A stretch of 63,763 nt of DNA, filler included, from an uncultured Methanosarcinales archaeon (lineage in GTDB: Archaea > Nanobdellota > Nanobdellia > Woesearchaeales > CAZOXR01): the NCBI GenBank assembly GCA_964566535.1. It is 4 parts of 4 records of this genome, joined end to end, with 100 filler letters (N's around TTAATTAATTAA, not from the genome) between each part and the next. Parts side by side here need not be neighbours in the genome. Positions count along the whole stretch, not along the records: positions 8,741 to 39,532 come from CAZMIO010000013.1; 3 more parts are not named here. The stretch is one strand, 5' to 3'. Below, one piece after another: positions 19,929 through 30,344 of the stretch. The translations under genes were made by a program, and so were the position numbers. The stretch's first letter is position 1. The number at the start of each line of letters is the position of its first letter. The notes below the pieces were generated by a model. The model was given only the letters and a program-made list of their open reading frames with translations, did no database searches and was not told the DNA's origin.

Positions 19929-20379
19929 GTTTGAATTTTTGAAAAAGTACGTTTATTCTAGGTTTTTTAATTTTGTGTACTTGTTAGGGTTAACGTTTAT
20001 TATCCCTTTCTTGTTTACTACAGGTGGTGTGGTTGAGGTTAAGTATATGAAGCCGAGTGTTATTTTGGTTGTTGCGCTGTTTTTCATAATAGCTGGGATA
20101 GTTGGGATGTACCACACTAAGAAGTCATGGAGGCAAACATTCTTTTCGATTGGTTTGTGGACACTTATACCTGGTACGGTGTCATTGCTATTATTTTTGT
20201 TTGGAAAAATGGCAGTATTTAGTTTTCTTGAGAAGGTTGTTGTAAATTTTGATCAGTTGAAGCCTTTGTTGGACATTTATCTTTTGAGATTGCCTCGATT
20301 TATGATCTTGTCTAGCTTTTATGTTTTGTTGGGAGGGATATTTTTGTTTATTGGTGGGAGGGTTAAGGAGAAAGTATAG
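19927..20379 (+). CDS. Hypothetical membrane protein
   Basis: About four hydrophobic segments; ATG at 19927. Confidence 0.75.
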   Translation: MFEFLKKYVYSRFFNFVYLLGLTFIIPFLFTTGGVVEVKYMKPSVILVVALFFIIAGIVGMYHTKKSWRQTFFSIGLWTLIPGTVSLLLFLFGKMAVFSFLEKVVVNFDQLKPLLDIYLLRLPRFMILSSFYVLLGGIFLFIGGRVKEKV

Positions 20380-20438
20380 TAATCTTTATATAGGGATTTG
20401 TTTATTGTTGGTAATACATTAAAAAAGGAGGATTTAAA

Positions 20439-21782
20439 ATGAAATTTATGAAAAAAAGTTTGACAATTCTGGTTTTGTTTATGTTTATGTTTAGTATGGG
20501 TGTAGTTACACTGGGAGATTCTGATGATGTGGATGACTCTGATGATAGGGAGAAAACGAAGAATCCAAGGAGAGCTGTTGGCAGAGATACACCACACTTG
20601 AGTCCTGCAGGTGGAAGAGTTATTGCGCGGACTGTTCGGGACGTTAGAGATGCCAATAAAGATGAGTTTAAGGAGATGTATAAGAATAAGATTTCTGCTG
20701 GTGTTGATAAGTGTGCAGAGAAGGACGATGAAGAATCAAAGGAGAAATGTGTTGAGAAATTTAATAAGAGATTAGATAGGGTGGATAAGTTAAACGATCA
20801 TGCAAGAGAAAGACTTCAGAAGATTGAAGAGAGAAGGTTAGAGAAGGATGAAAAGTTTGAGGAAGATAGGAAAAAGCCAGCGTTTGTTAAGTTTAAGAAG
20901 GATCATAAGTTTAAGGCGAGAGTTGTTACAAAGATTAAGGTTGATAAGGCTCGTGAGAATTTCTTGAAGGCTAAGGAAAGGTTTGAGGCTGCTAAGGAGA
21001 AATATAAGGGGGCTAAGGAGAAGTTTAAAGAGAGAAAAGAGAAAGTTTCTGACTGTGGTGATGATGAGGGCGAGGAGTGTGAAGAAGCTAGAGAAGGTAT
21101 TAAAGCTGATGCTAAAGAACATCTGATTCATGTTGCTGATATGATTCTTGAACACTTGGAGAAAGTTAAGGAAAGGGTTTCTGGTAATGAGGATTTAAGT
21201 GAAGAAGAATCTGCTGAGATCTTAGCTGACCTTGAAGAGAAAGTTGGCAAGATTCAGGAAGCTAGGGCTGCTGTAGAAGCTGCTGAGAGCAAAGAAGAGA
21301 TTCAAGAGGCCGCTAAGGTTTTGAAGAGAGCATGGACTAAGATTAAAAATAAGATTAAGGTGCATGCTAAGAGGGTTGTTAACTCACGTATAGGTGGGAT
21401 AATTGTTAAGTCAAAGCAGTTAGAGGTTAAGTTAGAGAAGATACTTGAGAGGATGACTGAGAATGATATTGATGTTAGTTCTGTTGAGGGTTTAGTTGAT
21501 GACTTTAACTCTTTATTGGAGGAAGCTAAGGTCAAGTATGAAGAAGCTGTTGAGAAGTTTGAAGAAGCTAAGTCTTCTGATGAGCCTGATGCTGAGATGA
21601 TTAAATCTGGGCAAGAGAGTATGAAGGCAGCTCATGAGAAATTACAGGAAGCACAAAAGGTTCTTAGAGATATCTTGAAAGAGATTAAGGACAAGGGTGG
21701 GGAGGAGGAGTTGGAGGATACTGAGATTGATGAGGTTGAAGAAGAGGTAGAGGAAGAAGATGCTGCTGAGGTGGAAGAATGA
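20439..21782 (+). CDS. Secreted or anchored coiled-coil protein
   Basis: Signal peptide, E/K-rich helical body, GGAGG SD upstream. Confidence 0.8.
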   Translation: MKFMKKSLTILVLFMFMFSMGVVTLGDSDDVDDSDDREKTKNPRRAVGRDTPHLSPAGGRVIARTVRDVRDANKDEFKEMYKNKISAGVDKCAEKDDEESKEKCVEKFNKRLDRVDKLNDHARERLQKIEERRLEKDEKFEEDRKKPAFVKFKKDHKFKARVVTKIKVDKARENFLKAKERFEAAKEKYKGAKEKFKERKEKVSDCGDDEGEECEEAREGIKADAKEHLIHVADMILEHLEKVKERVSGNEDLSEEESAEILADLEEKVGKIQEARAAVEAAESKEEIQEAAKVLKRAWTKIKNKIKVHAKRVVNSRIGGIIVKSKQLEVKLEKILERMTENDIDVSSVEGLVDDFNSLLEEAKVKYEEAVEKFEEAKSSDEPDAEMIKSGQESMKAAHEKLQEAQKVLRDILKEIKDKGGEEELEDTEIDEVEEEVEEEDAAEVEE

Positions 21783-22045
21783 AACGGAGAATATTTGTTG
21801 GGCTGATATTAGTTGCTTTGGTTTTTTATCTGACTGGGTGTGAAGCTCCTACGGAGCCTGCGTCAACCTTGCCACCTGTAGATGAACCAGTAACACCACC
21901 ATCAGTAATAGAACCAGCACCTACAACTACAGAACAAGCTAGTGGGATTGATGGAGCTGTTACAGCGGCTGGGACTTTAGATGAGGATTTAGAGTTAGGT
22001 GAGCTAGAAGGGATTGATGCTGAGTTGGATGGGATAGATTGGTAA
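21779..22045 (+). CDS. Small putative lipoprotein
   Basis: MKRR + hydrophobic stretch + LTGC lipobox; Pro/Thr linker; acidic tail. Confidence 0.7.
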   Translation: MKRRIFVGLILVALVFYLTGCEAPTEPASTLPPVDEPVTPPSVIEPAPTTTEQASGIDGAVTAAGTLDEDLELGELEGIDAELDGIDW

Positions 22046-22078
22046 AATTTATATAACATTTTCTTTTCTTTTTCTTTT

Positions 22079-23167
22079 ATGATTCAAATTGATGGGAGTC
22101 ACTTAGAAGGTGGTGGGCAGATTGTTCGTACAGCTCTTGCTTTATCTGTTTTGACTGGGAAGGCTTTTGAGGTTAGTGATATTAGGAAGGGAAGGCGAGA
22201 TTCAGGTCTTAAGAATCAGCATTTGTTTTGTGTTCGGGCTTTGAAGGAGTTATGTAATGCTGATGTTGAAGGTTCTGAACTTGGTTCTGAATATATTAAG
22301 TTTGTTCCTGGTAAGATTAAAGCTAAGAACCTTAAGATTGATGTTGAGACTGCTGGTTCTATTACGTTATTGCTACAGTCATTGTTAGTTCCTTGTTTTT
22401 TTGCTGATAAGAAAATTAAGCTTGAGATAATTGGTGGAACGGACACTAAATGGTCAATGCCTGTTGATTACTTTAAGGAGATACTGGTGCCCCAACTTGT
22501 TAGGTTTTGTGAGAAGATTGATGTTAAGGTGGATAAGAGAGGGTATTTTCCTAAGGGACAGGGGAATGTGTCTATTGACATAAAGCCAAAGTATAAATTG
22601 GGTGAGTTTGATAATTTTGATGAGTTTTTGAGTGGTATAGGAGGTAATGAGATTAATTTGACTGAACAGTATGAATTGATCCAAGTTAAAGGGATTTCTC
22701 ATGCGTCTTCTGATTTGGAGAAAGCAAATGTTGCCGATAGGCAGGCAAGAGCTGCTAAGTTGGTCTTGAACAAATTGGGATGTCATGTTGATGTTAGGAC
22801 TGAGTATCACGATACGATGTCAGTAGGTTCTGGTGTTGTTTTGTGGGCTATATTTTCTAAGGATAGGGATGAGATTGATGTTTTTAATCCAATTAGGATT
22901 GGAGCTGATAGTCTTGGTGAGAAGGGAAAGAAGTCTGAGGTTGTTGGGACGGAGGCTGCTTTGAGATTGATTGAAGAGATTGGATTTAAGGCGCCTGTTG
23001 ATCAGTATTTAGCTGATAATCTGATTCCTTGGTTGGGATTGTTTGGTGGGAAGATGAAGGTGTCTAAAGTTACTAATCATACATTGTCAAATATTTATGT
23101 TGTTGAGAAGTTTTTGGGGAAAGTCTTTGATGTTGATAAGGAGAATAAGATTATTTCTGTTGTATGA
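22079..23167 (+). CDS. rtcA: RNA 3'-terminal phosphate cyclase
   Basis: IDGSHLEGGGQIVRTALALS, RGYFPKG, TNHT. Confidence 0.95.
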   Translation: MIQIDGSHLEGGGQIVRTALALSVLTGKAFEVSDIRKGRRDSGLKNQHLFCVRALKELCNADVEGSELGSEYIKFVPGKIKAKNLKIDVETAGSITLLLQSLLVPCFFADKKIKLEIIGGTDTKWSMPVDYFKEILVPQLVRFCEKIDVKVDKRGYFPKGQGNVSIDIKPKYKLGEFDNFDEFLSGIGGNEINLTEQYELIQVKGISHASSDLEKANVADRQARAAKLVLNKLGCHVDVRTEYHDTMSVGSGVVLWAIFSKDRDEIDVFNPIRIGADSLGEKGKKSEVVGTEAALRLIEEIGFKAPVDQYLADNLIPWLGLFGGKMKVSKVTNHTLSNIYVVEKFLGKVFDVDKENKIISVV

Positions 23168-23274
23168 TGAACATAAACTAATAAAATTAAGACTTTAATC
23201 TTATTTGGAATCTTTAATTCCAAAAACTATTTAAACATGTTTTTTAAGGTTTAGTCTAAGAAAGAGGTAGATTA

Positions 23275-24525
23275 ATGGCAGCATTAGAGTTTTTAACATC
23301 TTTAGCAGGCATTTTGTTAATCGGTATTATTTGTACGCTTATTTCTAAGAAGTTGAAAATCTCTAATATACTTTTCTTGATTGTAGCTGGGATGTTATTG
23401 GGCAGAGTGAAATTCCAAGGAGTTACATTAGTACAGTTTCCAGCAGATTTCTTAACAAGTATTAGTATACTTGCTTTAGTGATGATTGTTTTTGATTCAA
23501 GTACTCGATTTAAGCTAAAGGAGTTTGATGAACTTTCTATGTATGCTTTGAAACTAACTGGATACTTTCTTTTGCTTAATATGTTGATACTTACGTTCTC
23601 TTTGATATTTATATTTGGATTAGGATTTGGGATACTACATCTTATGCTTGCTTTGTTGTTTGCTACTTTGATGTCTGGAACGGATCCTGCTGCGATATTG
23701 TCTATGCTTGGGCAAACAAAGAATAAGCTACTTGAGCTAATTGAGATTGAGTCATTGATCAATACTCCTTTGATTGTATTACTTCCTTTTATTATCCTTG
23801 ATTTGATTAATAAGATGACTTCTAATGGAGGACCTGTTTTGCTTAATTTCTTTAATGAGGCGCTGCCTTTTTTTAGGGACTTTCTTTTAAGACTGGTTGC
23901 TGGTATTGGCGCAGGTATATTGATTGGGATAATCTTATTTAAGGTTATGAAGAAGCAATATTCTGTTATTTTATCACCATTGTCACTTATTACTTCTGCT
24001 CTGTTAACTTATATTATTGCAGAGAACTTAGGTGGTAATGGAGTACTTGCAGTTACAACACTAGGGTTATTCTTTGGGAATGTTTATGTTAAACAGAAAG
24101 GAGAATTACAGGAGTTTTCATCAATATTTTCGAATGCTTTGGAGATATTAGTTTTTGTGTTGGTTGGTCTGATAATCAATGTTCCTTTGACTGCATCATT
24201 TATCTTTAAGTCTTTTTCCTTATTTTTAGTTTACTTAGGGATTAGGTATTTGGCAGTGTATATTTCTTTTAAGAACTATTCAATTGGGTTTAAAGAGAAA
24301 ATTTTTATGACTTTGAATGTTCAGAAAGGGATTGCGGTGGCAGTTGTTGTTTTTACGCTATCTATATTGAAGATTGAGGGGATTACTTTGATTTTGAACT
24401 TGACGCTTATGTTTATGCTTTACTCGATTATTATATCTACATTTGTATTGAAATTATCTCATCATTTTGTTAAGAGCAAAGAAGTTATTAAAGAGACGAA
24501 TAAGAAGAAGAAAAATGAAGATTGA
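23275..24525 (+). CDS. CPA1 (NhaP-type) Na+/H+ antiporter
   Basis: Multi-TM; GTDPAA and IESLINTP motifs. Confidence 0.85.
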   Translation: MAALEFLTSLAGILLIGIICTLISKKLKISNILFLIVAGMLLGRVKFQGVTLVQFPADFLTSISILALVMIVFDSSTRFKLKEFDELSMYALKLTGYFLLLNMLILTFSLIFIFGLGFGILHLMLALLFATLMSGTDPAAILSMLGQTKNKLLELIEIESLINTPLIVLLPFIILDLINKMTSNGGPVLLNFFNEALPFFRDFLLRLVAGIGAGILIGIILFKVMKKQYSVILSPLSLITSALLTYIIAENLGGNGVLAVTTLGLFFGNVYVKQKGELQEFSSIFSNALEILVFVLVGLIINVPLTASFIFKSFSLFLVYLGIRYLAVYISFKNYSIGFKEKIFMTLNVQKGIAVAVVVFTLSILKIEGITLILNLTLMFMLYSIIISTFVLKLSHHFVKSKEVIKETNKKKKNED

Positions 24526-25291
24526 ATTGGGTTCTGCTGGTACTTCTGGGTTGGGTTATCCTGATGGTTTGAAGAAATGTAATGAGTTAGGTATAGGTAT
24601 GGAGGTTGAGTTTACTTACGGCGTTAGGATGAGTGATTCTGATGCTAAGAAGATTGGCGATGAGGCTCGGAGGTTGGGTGTTAAGCTATCAGTTCATGCT
24701 CCTTATTATGTTAATTTGGCTTCTAAGGATAAGGTGAAATTAGCTGCTTCTAAGGAACGGATTTTGCAGAGTTGTGAGAGGGGACATTCCTTGGGTGCAA
24801 AGTATATTGTTTTTCATCCTGGCTTTTATCAGGGTAGGGATGAAGAAGAAGTTTATAAGATTATTAAGGAAGGGATTGTTGATTTATTAAAAGAGGTTAA
24901 ACGGAATAAGTGGGATGTTTTCCTTGCTCCAGAGACTACAGGGAAAGGTTCTCAGTTTGGAGATTTAGATGAGTTGTTGAGGTTAGTTAAAGAGACGGGA
25001 TGCAGTATATGTGTTGATTTTGCTCATTTGAAGGCTAGGAATAATGGAAAGATAGATTATGATGAGGTTTTTTTGAAGTTGAAAGGTTTGGGTCATATTC
25101 ATGCTCATTTTTCTGGTATTGAATGGACTGCAAAGGGAGAGAGGAAGCATCTTATAACTGATGCTAAGGATATTTTGGAATTAGTTAAGTATATTAAGAA
25201 GTATGGATTAGATGTTACTATTATTAATGAGAGTCCGGATACATTTGGTGATTGTGTTAAGAGTTTGAAAATAATTGATGAAATGAAATAA
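24515..25291 (+). CDS. nfo: Endonuclease IV family AP endonuclease (TIM barrel)
   Basis: HAPYYVNL, FHPG, PETTGK, DFAH, HFSGI, ESP. Confidence 0.88.
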   Translation: MKIELGSAGTSGLGYPDGLKKCNELGIGMEVEFTYGVRMSDSDAKKIGDEARRLGVKLSVHAPYYVNLASKDKVKLAASKERILQSCERGHSLGAKYIVFHPGFYQGRDEEEVYKIIKEGIVDLLKEVKRNKWDVFLAPETTGKGSQFGDLDELLRLVKETGCSICVDFAHLKARNNGKIDYDEVFLKLKGLGHIHAHFSGIEWTAKGERKHLITDAKDILELVKYIKKYGLDVTIINESPDTFGDCVKSLKIIDEMK

Positions 25292-25451
25292 AAAGTAATC
25301 AATAAAAATAATAAATAAAAGACTAAAAAGCCATTAAAAAATACCATTAAAACTTAAAATAAATAAAACTGAGAAACTATCAATAAAAAATACCAATAAA
25401 AACTAACTATTAAAAATAATAAATAAAATAAATCAAAATTAATAAAATAAA
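25292..25451. repeat. A-rich low-complexity intergenic tract
   Basis: CCATTAAAAAATACCATTAAAA and ATCAATAAAAAA motifs shared with 16407-16640. Confidence 0.55.
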
Positions 25452-25835
25452 ATGACTCGGATAATAATTGATACAAATTTTCTTTTAATTCCTATACAGT
25501 TTAATGTAGATATATTTTCTGAGATTGAGAGGATAGTTGATTTTAAGTATAAGTTGTATATTGTTGATAAGACTGTTGATGAACTTCGGGCTATTGTTGA
25601 GAAGCAGAAAGGGAAGAGTAAGGAAGCTGCTAAAATTGGGCTATTGTTTGTTGAGAAAGGGAAGGTTAATGTTATTAAGACAAAAGGGGAGAAGTATACT
25701 GATGATCTTATTGTTGAGGAGGTTAAGGGGGGAGATGTTGTTGCTACTCAGGATGTTGGCTTGAAGAGAAGATTGAAGGAGAAGGGAGTAAAGTTCATTG
25801 GTTTGAGGCAGAAGAGATACCTAGTTCTATTTTAG
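25452..25835 (+). CDS. PIN-domain protein (Fcf1/Utp24-like)
   Basis: IIDTNFLL, YTDD, VATQD; conserved position upstream of rpoE. Confidence 0.88.
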   Translation: MTRIIIDTNFLLIPIQFNVDIFSEIERIVDFKYKLYIVDKTVDELRAIVEKQKGKSKEAAKIGLLFVEKGKVNVIKTKGEKYTDDLIVEEVKGGDVVATQDVGLKRRLKEKGVKFIGLRQKRYLVLF

Positions 25836-25872
25836 AAAGTTTTAAATACCACTGTTTAACACCAAAGTTAAT

Positions 25873-26472
25873 ATGTTTTATAAACTAGAAGTTAAAGACC
25901 ACATCAGAGTGCCTCCTGATTTATTTGACCTACAGCTAGACGATGCTGTTATTAAACGAATCAAGAAGAAGTATGATGGACACATTTCTCAGGACTTGGG
26001 TATAGTTATAGATGTATCCTCAGTAGATACTATTGGAGAAGGAGTTATAATCCCAGGAGATGGGGCATCATACTATGATGTTAGTTTTGAATTGTTAACT
26101 TTTAAGCCTGAATTGCACGAAGTTGTTGTTGGAAAGATCAAAGATATTGCTGATTTTGGAGCTTTTATCAATATTGGACCAATTGAAGGAATGATTCATA
26201 TTTCACAGACAATGGATGATTTTGTAAGCTTTTCTAAGGATAAGACTTTGACTGGAAAGGAGTCAAAGAAGTCACTGAAAGTTGGCGATGTATGTAGGGC
26301 AAGAATAATTGCAGTTTCTTTTAAAGATCCAACAAATCCTAAGTTAGGTTTGACCATGAGACAGCAAGGATTAGGCAAGCTTGACTGGATTGAAGAAGAG
26401 AACCAAGTAGATGATGGTAAGGAAGAGAGTAAAGAAGATAAGAAGGAAGAGAAGAAAGGAGATAAGAAGTAG
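25873..26472 (+). CDS. rpoE1: RNA polymerase subunit Rpo7 (E')
   Basis: IPGDGA, FGAFINIGP, KLGLTMRQ.GLGK. Confidence 0.95.
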   Translation: MFYKLEVKDHIRVPPDLFDLQLDDAVIKRIKKKYDGHISQDLGIVIDVSSVDTIGEGVIIPGDGASYYDVSFELLTFKPELHEVVVGKIKDIADFGAFINIGPIEGMIHISQTMDDFVSFSKDKTLTGKESKKSLKVGDVCRARIIAVSFKDPTNPKLGLTMRQQGLGKLDWIEEENQVDDGKEESKEDKKEEKKGDKK

Positions 26473-26481
26473 GTCATTAAA

Positions 26482-26667
26482 ATGAAGAAAAAAGTTTGTA
26501 AAAAATGCAAATTGTTTGTAGAAGGGAACGTTTGCCCGGTTTGCAAAGGTAATCAATTCAGTTCAAATTGGCAGGGTAGATTCAATGTTTTAGATTCTAA
26601 TAAATCATTAATTGCAAAAAAAGTGGGACACACAGTGAAAGGAGAATATGTCGTTAAGGTAAGGTGA
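26482..26667 (+). CDS. spt4: Transcription elongation factor Spt4 (RpoE'')
   Basis: CKKC...CPVC zinc ribbon, WQG, GEYVVKVR. Confidence 0.93.
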   Translation: MKKKVCKKCKLFVEGNVCPVCKGNQFSSNWQGRFNVLDSNKSLIAKKVGHTVKGEYVVKVR

Positions 26668-26672
26668 ATACT

Positions 26673-27059
26673 ATGGATGTAAAGTTAGTTGAAAAGAAAG
26701 AAGTTCCATTGCTGCACAGAACAGAAGTGTCGTTTGATGTTACAAGCGATAAAGCAACTCCTTCTAATCAAGAGTTAAAGAAGAAGTGTGCGTCAATTTT
26801 AGGTGCAGATGAAAAACTAGTTGTCGTTAAGAAAGTTGAGACTTTCTTTGGTTCTACTGGTTCTAAAGCTACTGTTTATCAATATAAGGACGAAGAGAAA
26901 CTGAAGAGTATAGAGCCTAGGGAAAAGAAGGCTGAAGAGAAGAAAGAAGGCGGAGAGGCCCCTGCAGAAGAGGCTAAGAAAGAAGCTCCAAAAGCTGAAG
27001 AAAAGCCAAAGGAAGAAACCCCTAAAAAGGAAGAGAAGAAAGAAGGGGCTAAGGAATAA
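26673..27059 (+). CDS. rps24e: 30S ribosomal protein eS24
   Basis: PLLHRTEV, TPS, TFFG; conserved gene order. Confidence 0.9.
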   Translation: MDVKLVEKKEVPLLHRTEVSFDVTSDKATPSNQELKKKCASILGADEKLVVVKKVETFFGSTGSKATVYQYKDEEKLKSIEPREKKAEEKKEGGEAPAEEAKKEAPKAEEKPKEETPKKEEKKEGAKE

Positions 27060-27061
27060 AA

Positions 27062-27283
27062 ATGGCCGATGAAAAGAAAAAAACTCCAAAGGGAGTATGG
27101 AATTTGTATAATGTTTCTGGGAATAAATTAGAGAGGAAGAATCAGTCGTGTCCTAAGTGTGGCGATGGTATTTTTTTATCTGCTCATAACAACAGGATGA
27201 CATGTGGTCAGTGTGGTTATTCTGAAGTTAAATCTACTGAGAAAAAGGCTGAAGTTAAATCTACTGAGAAAAAAGAATCGTAG
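27062..27283 (+). CDS. rps27ae: 30S ribosomal protein eS31 (S27ae)
   Basis: CPKCG.G.FL..H..R..CG.C; C-terminal 27-bp duplication (EVKSTEKK x2). Confidence 0.94.
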   Translation: MADEKKKTPKGVWNLYNVSGNKLERKNQSCPKCGDGIFLSAHNNRMTCGQCGYSEVKSTEKKAEVKSTEKKES

Positions 27284-27310
27284 AAATCGAATATTGTGAT
27301 TTCCGATATA

Positions 27311-28195
27311 TTATTTCTTTAAAGTTTGGAATATAAGTAAATCTTCATTAGTTAGTTTTTCGCCTTTCTTGATCTTTTCATTGACGAAGTCTTCTTTGCT
27401 CTTTAGGAGCTGTTTTGTCAATTCTTCTTTTTTATTCTTATCATCAAGTTGGTATTTACTAACTTTCTCATTTATTCTAGATAGTCCTATAAGTCTCTCT
27501 TTTAGTTTATCGTTAACTTCATTAAATTCTTTCTTGGATTTTAAGAACTTCTCAAATTCAGTTTTTTCTTTGATTCTTAATTCGTCAATCTCTTTTGAGG
27601 TTGATATGATGCCTTCGTGTTTTTGTTGGCTTTCTTTTGCTTTATTCTGAACATTTTTATGAGTTTCCTCAGCATTTGCTCTTGATTTGTCGATGTCTTT
27701 TGAGATTTTGTGAATCTCTTCGTTAATTTCAATTACTTTTCCTGAGAGCTTTAGCTTTTTCTTAAATGATTTGATAGTCTTCATTATCTCTTTTTCTTTG
27801 TCAAAAGACATAATTTCAGTTTCTATCTTGGATTCTAATCTTTTTATATCTTCGATTAATCTTAAAGGATTGCCTTCTACTTTGCTTTTCTTAGCAAGGT
27901 CTTCTTTCTTTTTCTTAGTCTCCTTTATTTTAGAAATCTTGTTTCGAATCTCGAGGTTGAACTTTTTTCTTGATTCTTTATCTTCTTTAACTTGATTTGT
28001 TAGTTTGTCTCTAAGCTCTTTATTGCCTTTGATATTATTGATTAGAGACTTAATCTCGTTGCCGTGCTTCTCTTTTTTTTCAAAGTGATCTTCTTTTTGT
28101 TGATCTACTTCGTTTAATCTTCTTCTTAATCCAGCAATCTCTGTTTTGCATTCAGATAGTTTGCTAAATAGCTCTTTTTTCTCTTCTGGTGTCAT
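27311..28195 (-). CDS. Conserved archaeal coiled-coil protein
   Basis: Heptad-rich; C-terminal KKGEKLT.EDL motif. Confidence 0.75.
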   Translation of the reverse strand: MTPEEKKELFSKLSECKTEIAGLRRRLNEVDQQKEDHFEKKEKHGNEIKSLINNIKGNKELRDKLTNQVKEDKESRKKFNLEIRNKISKIKETKKKKEDLAKKSKVEGNPLRLIEDIKRLESKIETEIMSFDKEKEIMKTIKSFKKKLKLSGKVIEINEEIHKISKDIDKSRANAEETHKNVQNKAKESQQKHEGIISTSKEIDELRIKEKTEFEKFLKSKKEFNEVNDKLKERLIGLSRINEKVSKYQLDDKNKKEELTKQLLKSKEDFVNEKIKKGEKLTNEDLLIFQTLKK

Positions 28196-28255
28196 ACTCG
28201 TTCACGTTTACTATTTTATTCATTTTTTATCGAAGCTTGGGTAAAAAAAGCAAAA

Positions 28256-28326
28256 ATGTCAGAATTTTCGAGAAAATTCTGAGCAGTTTAAAAACCATCT
28301 GGATTAAATTAGTGGTTTTTAAACAT
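28256..28326. repeat. Palindromic structured element, copy B (minimal)
   Basis: ATG-TCAGAATTTTC/GAAAATTCTGA-GCA-GTTTAAAAACCA/TGGTTTTTAAAC-AT; abuts the rpl12 stop codon. Confidence 0.75.
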
Positions 28327-28647
28327 TTAGCCAAATAAGGCCCCTAGTCCTGCTGCGGCTTCTTCTTCGCTTTTCTTCTCTTCTTGGGCGTCTTTCTTCT
28401 TGTCGTCCTTCTTTTCTTCTTTAGCTCCACCTTCTGCTGCTGCAGGTGCTGCTGCGGCTGCTGGTGCTGCTACTGCTTGTGTCTCTATTGCTTTTTCTAT
28501 GTCTACACCATCAAGCGAAGCGATTAAAGCCTTAACCCTAGCATCGTCTACTGTGACGCTAGCAGATTCTAGTACTTTCTTTATTGAAGCTTCGTCAATT
28601 TTCTGTCCTGCTTTATGCAAAAGCATTGCAGCGTATATATATTCCAT
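28327..28647 (-). CDS. rpl12: Ribosomal stalk protein aP1 (L12)
   Basis: [11 protein letters not shown]...[12 protein letters not shown]. Confidence 0.97.
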   Translation of the reverse strand: MEYIYAAMLLHKAGQKIDEASIKKVLESASVTVDDARVKALIASLDGVDIEKAIETQAVAAPAAAAAPAAAEGGAKEEKKDDKKKDAQEEKKSEEEAAAGLGALFG

Positions 28648-28681
28648 TTTTGACCTCCTCAACTCATATAGAGTATGAATA

Positions 28682-30343
28682 TTATTCTCTTAATGTCCCC
28701 TGCTTTTTTAATTTGTTTAATAAATCTTCAGCTGATTCTTCTTCAGATTTTTCTTCTTTTTTGTCTACTAATTCTTGAGCGGTAGGGATTTTTTCTTCTC
28801 TTTGAGAAGCTCTAGGCTTCTCTAACCCTTTCTCGTTTTCACTCGAAAGTTTTGGTTCTGGTTTGTAAGTAGGAGCTGACTTTGCTTCTTCAACTAATTG
28901 TTCAGCTGAAGGCATTGTACCTTGTTTTTTTACTTTAGCAACCATTGCAGCAACTTTCTTTGCTGTTTCGTCCATTTCTGGTTGTCTTTGTTTTTCTATC
29001 TTTTCTAATTCTTTTTCTTTGTCTATTCTTTCTTTTTCTAATTGTTTTTCTTCTTCTACTTTTACTGCTTCTTGGACTTCTTTTTCAACTTGAGTATCTG
29101 GTTGTTTTTGAGTTTCTAATTCTTTTTCTTCCTTGATTATTTCTTTTTCTTCTTCTAGGACTTTGATTTCTTTCTTTTCTATTGGAGTAGGTTCTTGGAC
29201 TGGTTTTTCTTCAGCTTTTGGTTCAGGAGCTTTTACTGGTTCTGGTTTAGGTTCTTCTACCTTTGGTTCTTCCTTAACTTTAGGTTCTGGAGTCTTCACT
29301 GGTTCCGGTTTAGGTTCCCCCTTCACAGGCTCTGGAGTTTTCTCCTCAACCTTTGGCTCAGGAGATTTAGGTTCTTCCTTAACTGGTCCTGGTGCTTTTT
29401 CTTCAACTTTTGGCTCTTCTTTTACTGGCTCTGGAGCTTTCTCTTCTACCTTAGGTTCTTCCTTTTTCTCTTCAGCTTTTGGTTTAGCTACAACTTCAAT
29501 GTTAGCAGTTGTCTTTAATGAGTTCATAGAACCTTCAGCTTTGCCTATCAGCATATCAACCATGTCTTTGTCAATTATGTTTTGGCTGATACCTAATGCT
29601 TTTGCATCGTTAGCTGCTTTTGAGATTAAGTGTTCAACTGTTGAGCTAGTTGGATATGACATGAACATAGCTAAGTTAAATGCTCCTGTTCCTGCTGATT
29701 GTAAGTTATTCATGAATGCATCTTCGTCAATTGATAAGATGTCTCTTGTGTAGATGGTTCCGCCTTCATAGGCTGCAACTAAATCAAGACCAACTTCCAT
29801 TGGCTTTATCTCTAATCTTGTTAGGATCTCAGCTGCTTTTTGACTTATCTTTTCTCCTTTCTTTGCAACTACTGCGTCTTCTTTAATAGCTACTTTACCG
29901 TCTTCAACACCAGATTTAATTCCGATCATAGCTAATTCCCCTATAACTGGACCTGGTGCGAAGGGAGTAGGGCCTGCTGGAATTATTAGATCTTTAGGAG
30001 CAGTTTGGTTAGCCTTAGCAGGAGCCGGACTTTTGTTTTTTTGAAGTGTTTTGAATAGTTTGAATGGATTTTCTTTGCTGAACATTAATGCTGGCATGCC
30101 TTCTAGGTGTTTTGATAACTCTTCAATGCCTTTTTTTGTTTTTTCGGCTTCTTTGAATGCAATTTTAATAATTCTTCTCTTAGTCATGGTCATTACGACC
30201 ATTTCTCTAAGTTCAGCTCTCATCTTTTGTAATTGTTGAGCTGGAAGATTTTCCATATTAATAGCTGCTACAATAGGATATTGACTAATCAAATCTAAGA
30301 TGTTCTTTACAACTTTTTTTTTGTACTCAGCTACTTTTGCCAT
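28682..30343 (-). CDS. rplP0: 50S ribosomal protein uL10 (P0) with long P/E/K/V-rich extension
   Basis: [17 protein letters not shown]; about 270-aa low-complexity C-terminus. Confidence 0.93.
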   Translation of the reverse strand: MAKVAEYKKKVVKNILDLISQYPIVAAINMENLPAQQLQKMRAELREMVVMTMTKRRIIKIAFKEAEKTKKGIEELSKHLEGMPALMFSKENPFKLFKTLQKNKSPAPAKANQTAPKDLIIPAGPTPFAPGPVIGELAMIGIKSGVEDGKVAIKEDAVVAKKGEKISQKAAEILTRLEIKPMEVGLDLVAAYEGGTIYTRDILSIDEDAFMNNLQSAGTGAFNLAMFMSYPTSSTVEHLISKAANDAKALGISQNIIDKDMVDMLIGKAEGSMNSLKTTANIEVVAKPKAEEKKEEPKVEEKAPEPVKEEPKVEEKAPGPVKEEPKSPEPKVEEKTPEPVKGEPKPEPVKTPEPKVKEEPKVEEPKPEPVKAPEPKAEEKPVQEPTPIEKKEIKVLEEEKEIIKEEKELETQKQPDTQVEKEVQEAVKVEEEKQLEKERIDKEKELEKIEKQRQPEMDETAKKVAAMVAKVKKQGTMPSAEQLVEEAKSAPTYKPEPKLSSENEKGLEKPRASQREEKIPTAQELVDKKEEKSEEESAEDLLNKLKKQGTLRE

Positions 30344-30344
30344 C

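Noticed and set aside
27222..27273. 27-bp tandem duplication in rps27ae
   Set aside because: Simple slippage in a disordered tail with no sign of function
29133..29753. Long antisense ORFs (e.g. 29133-29753, 35642-36307, 19216-19680, 23256-23762)
   Set aside because: Shadows of real genes caused by biased codon usage
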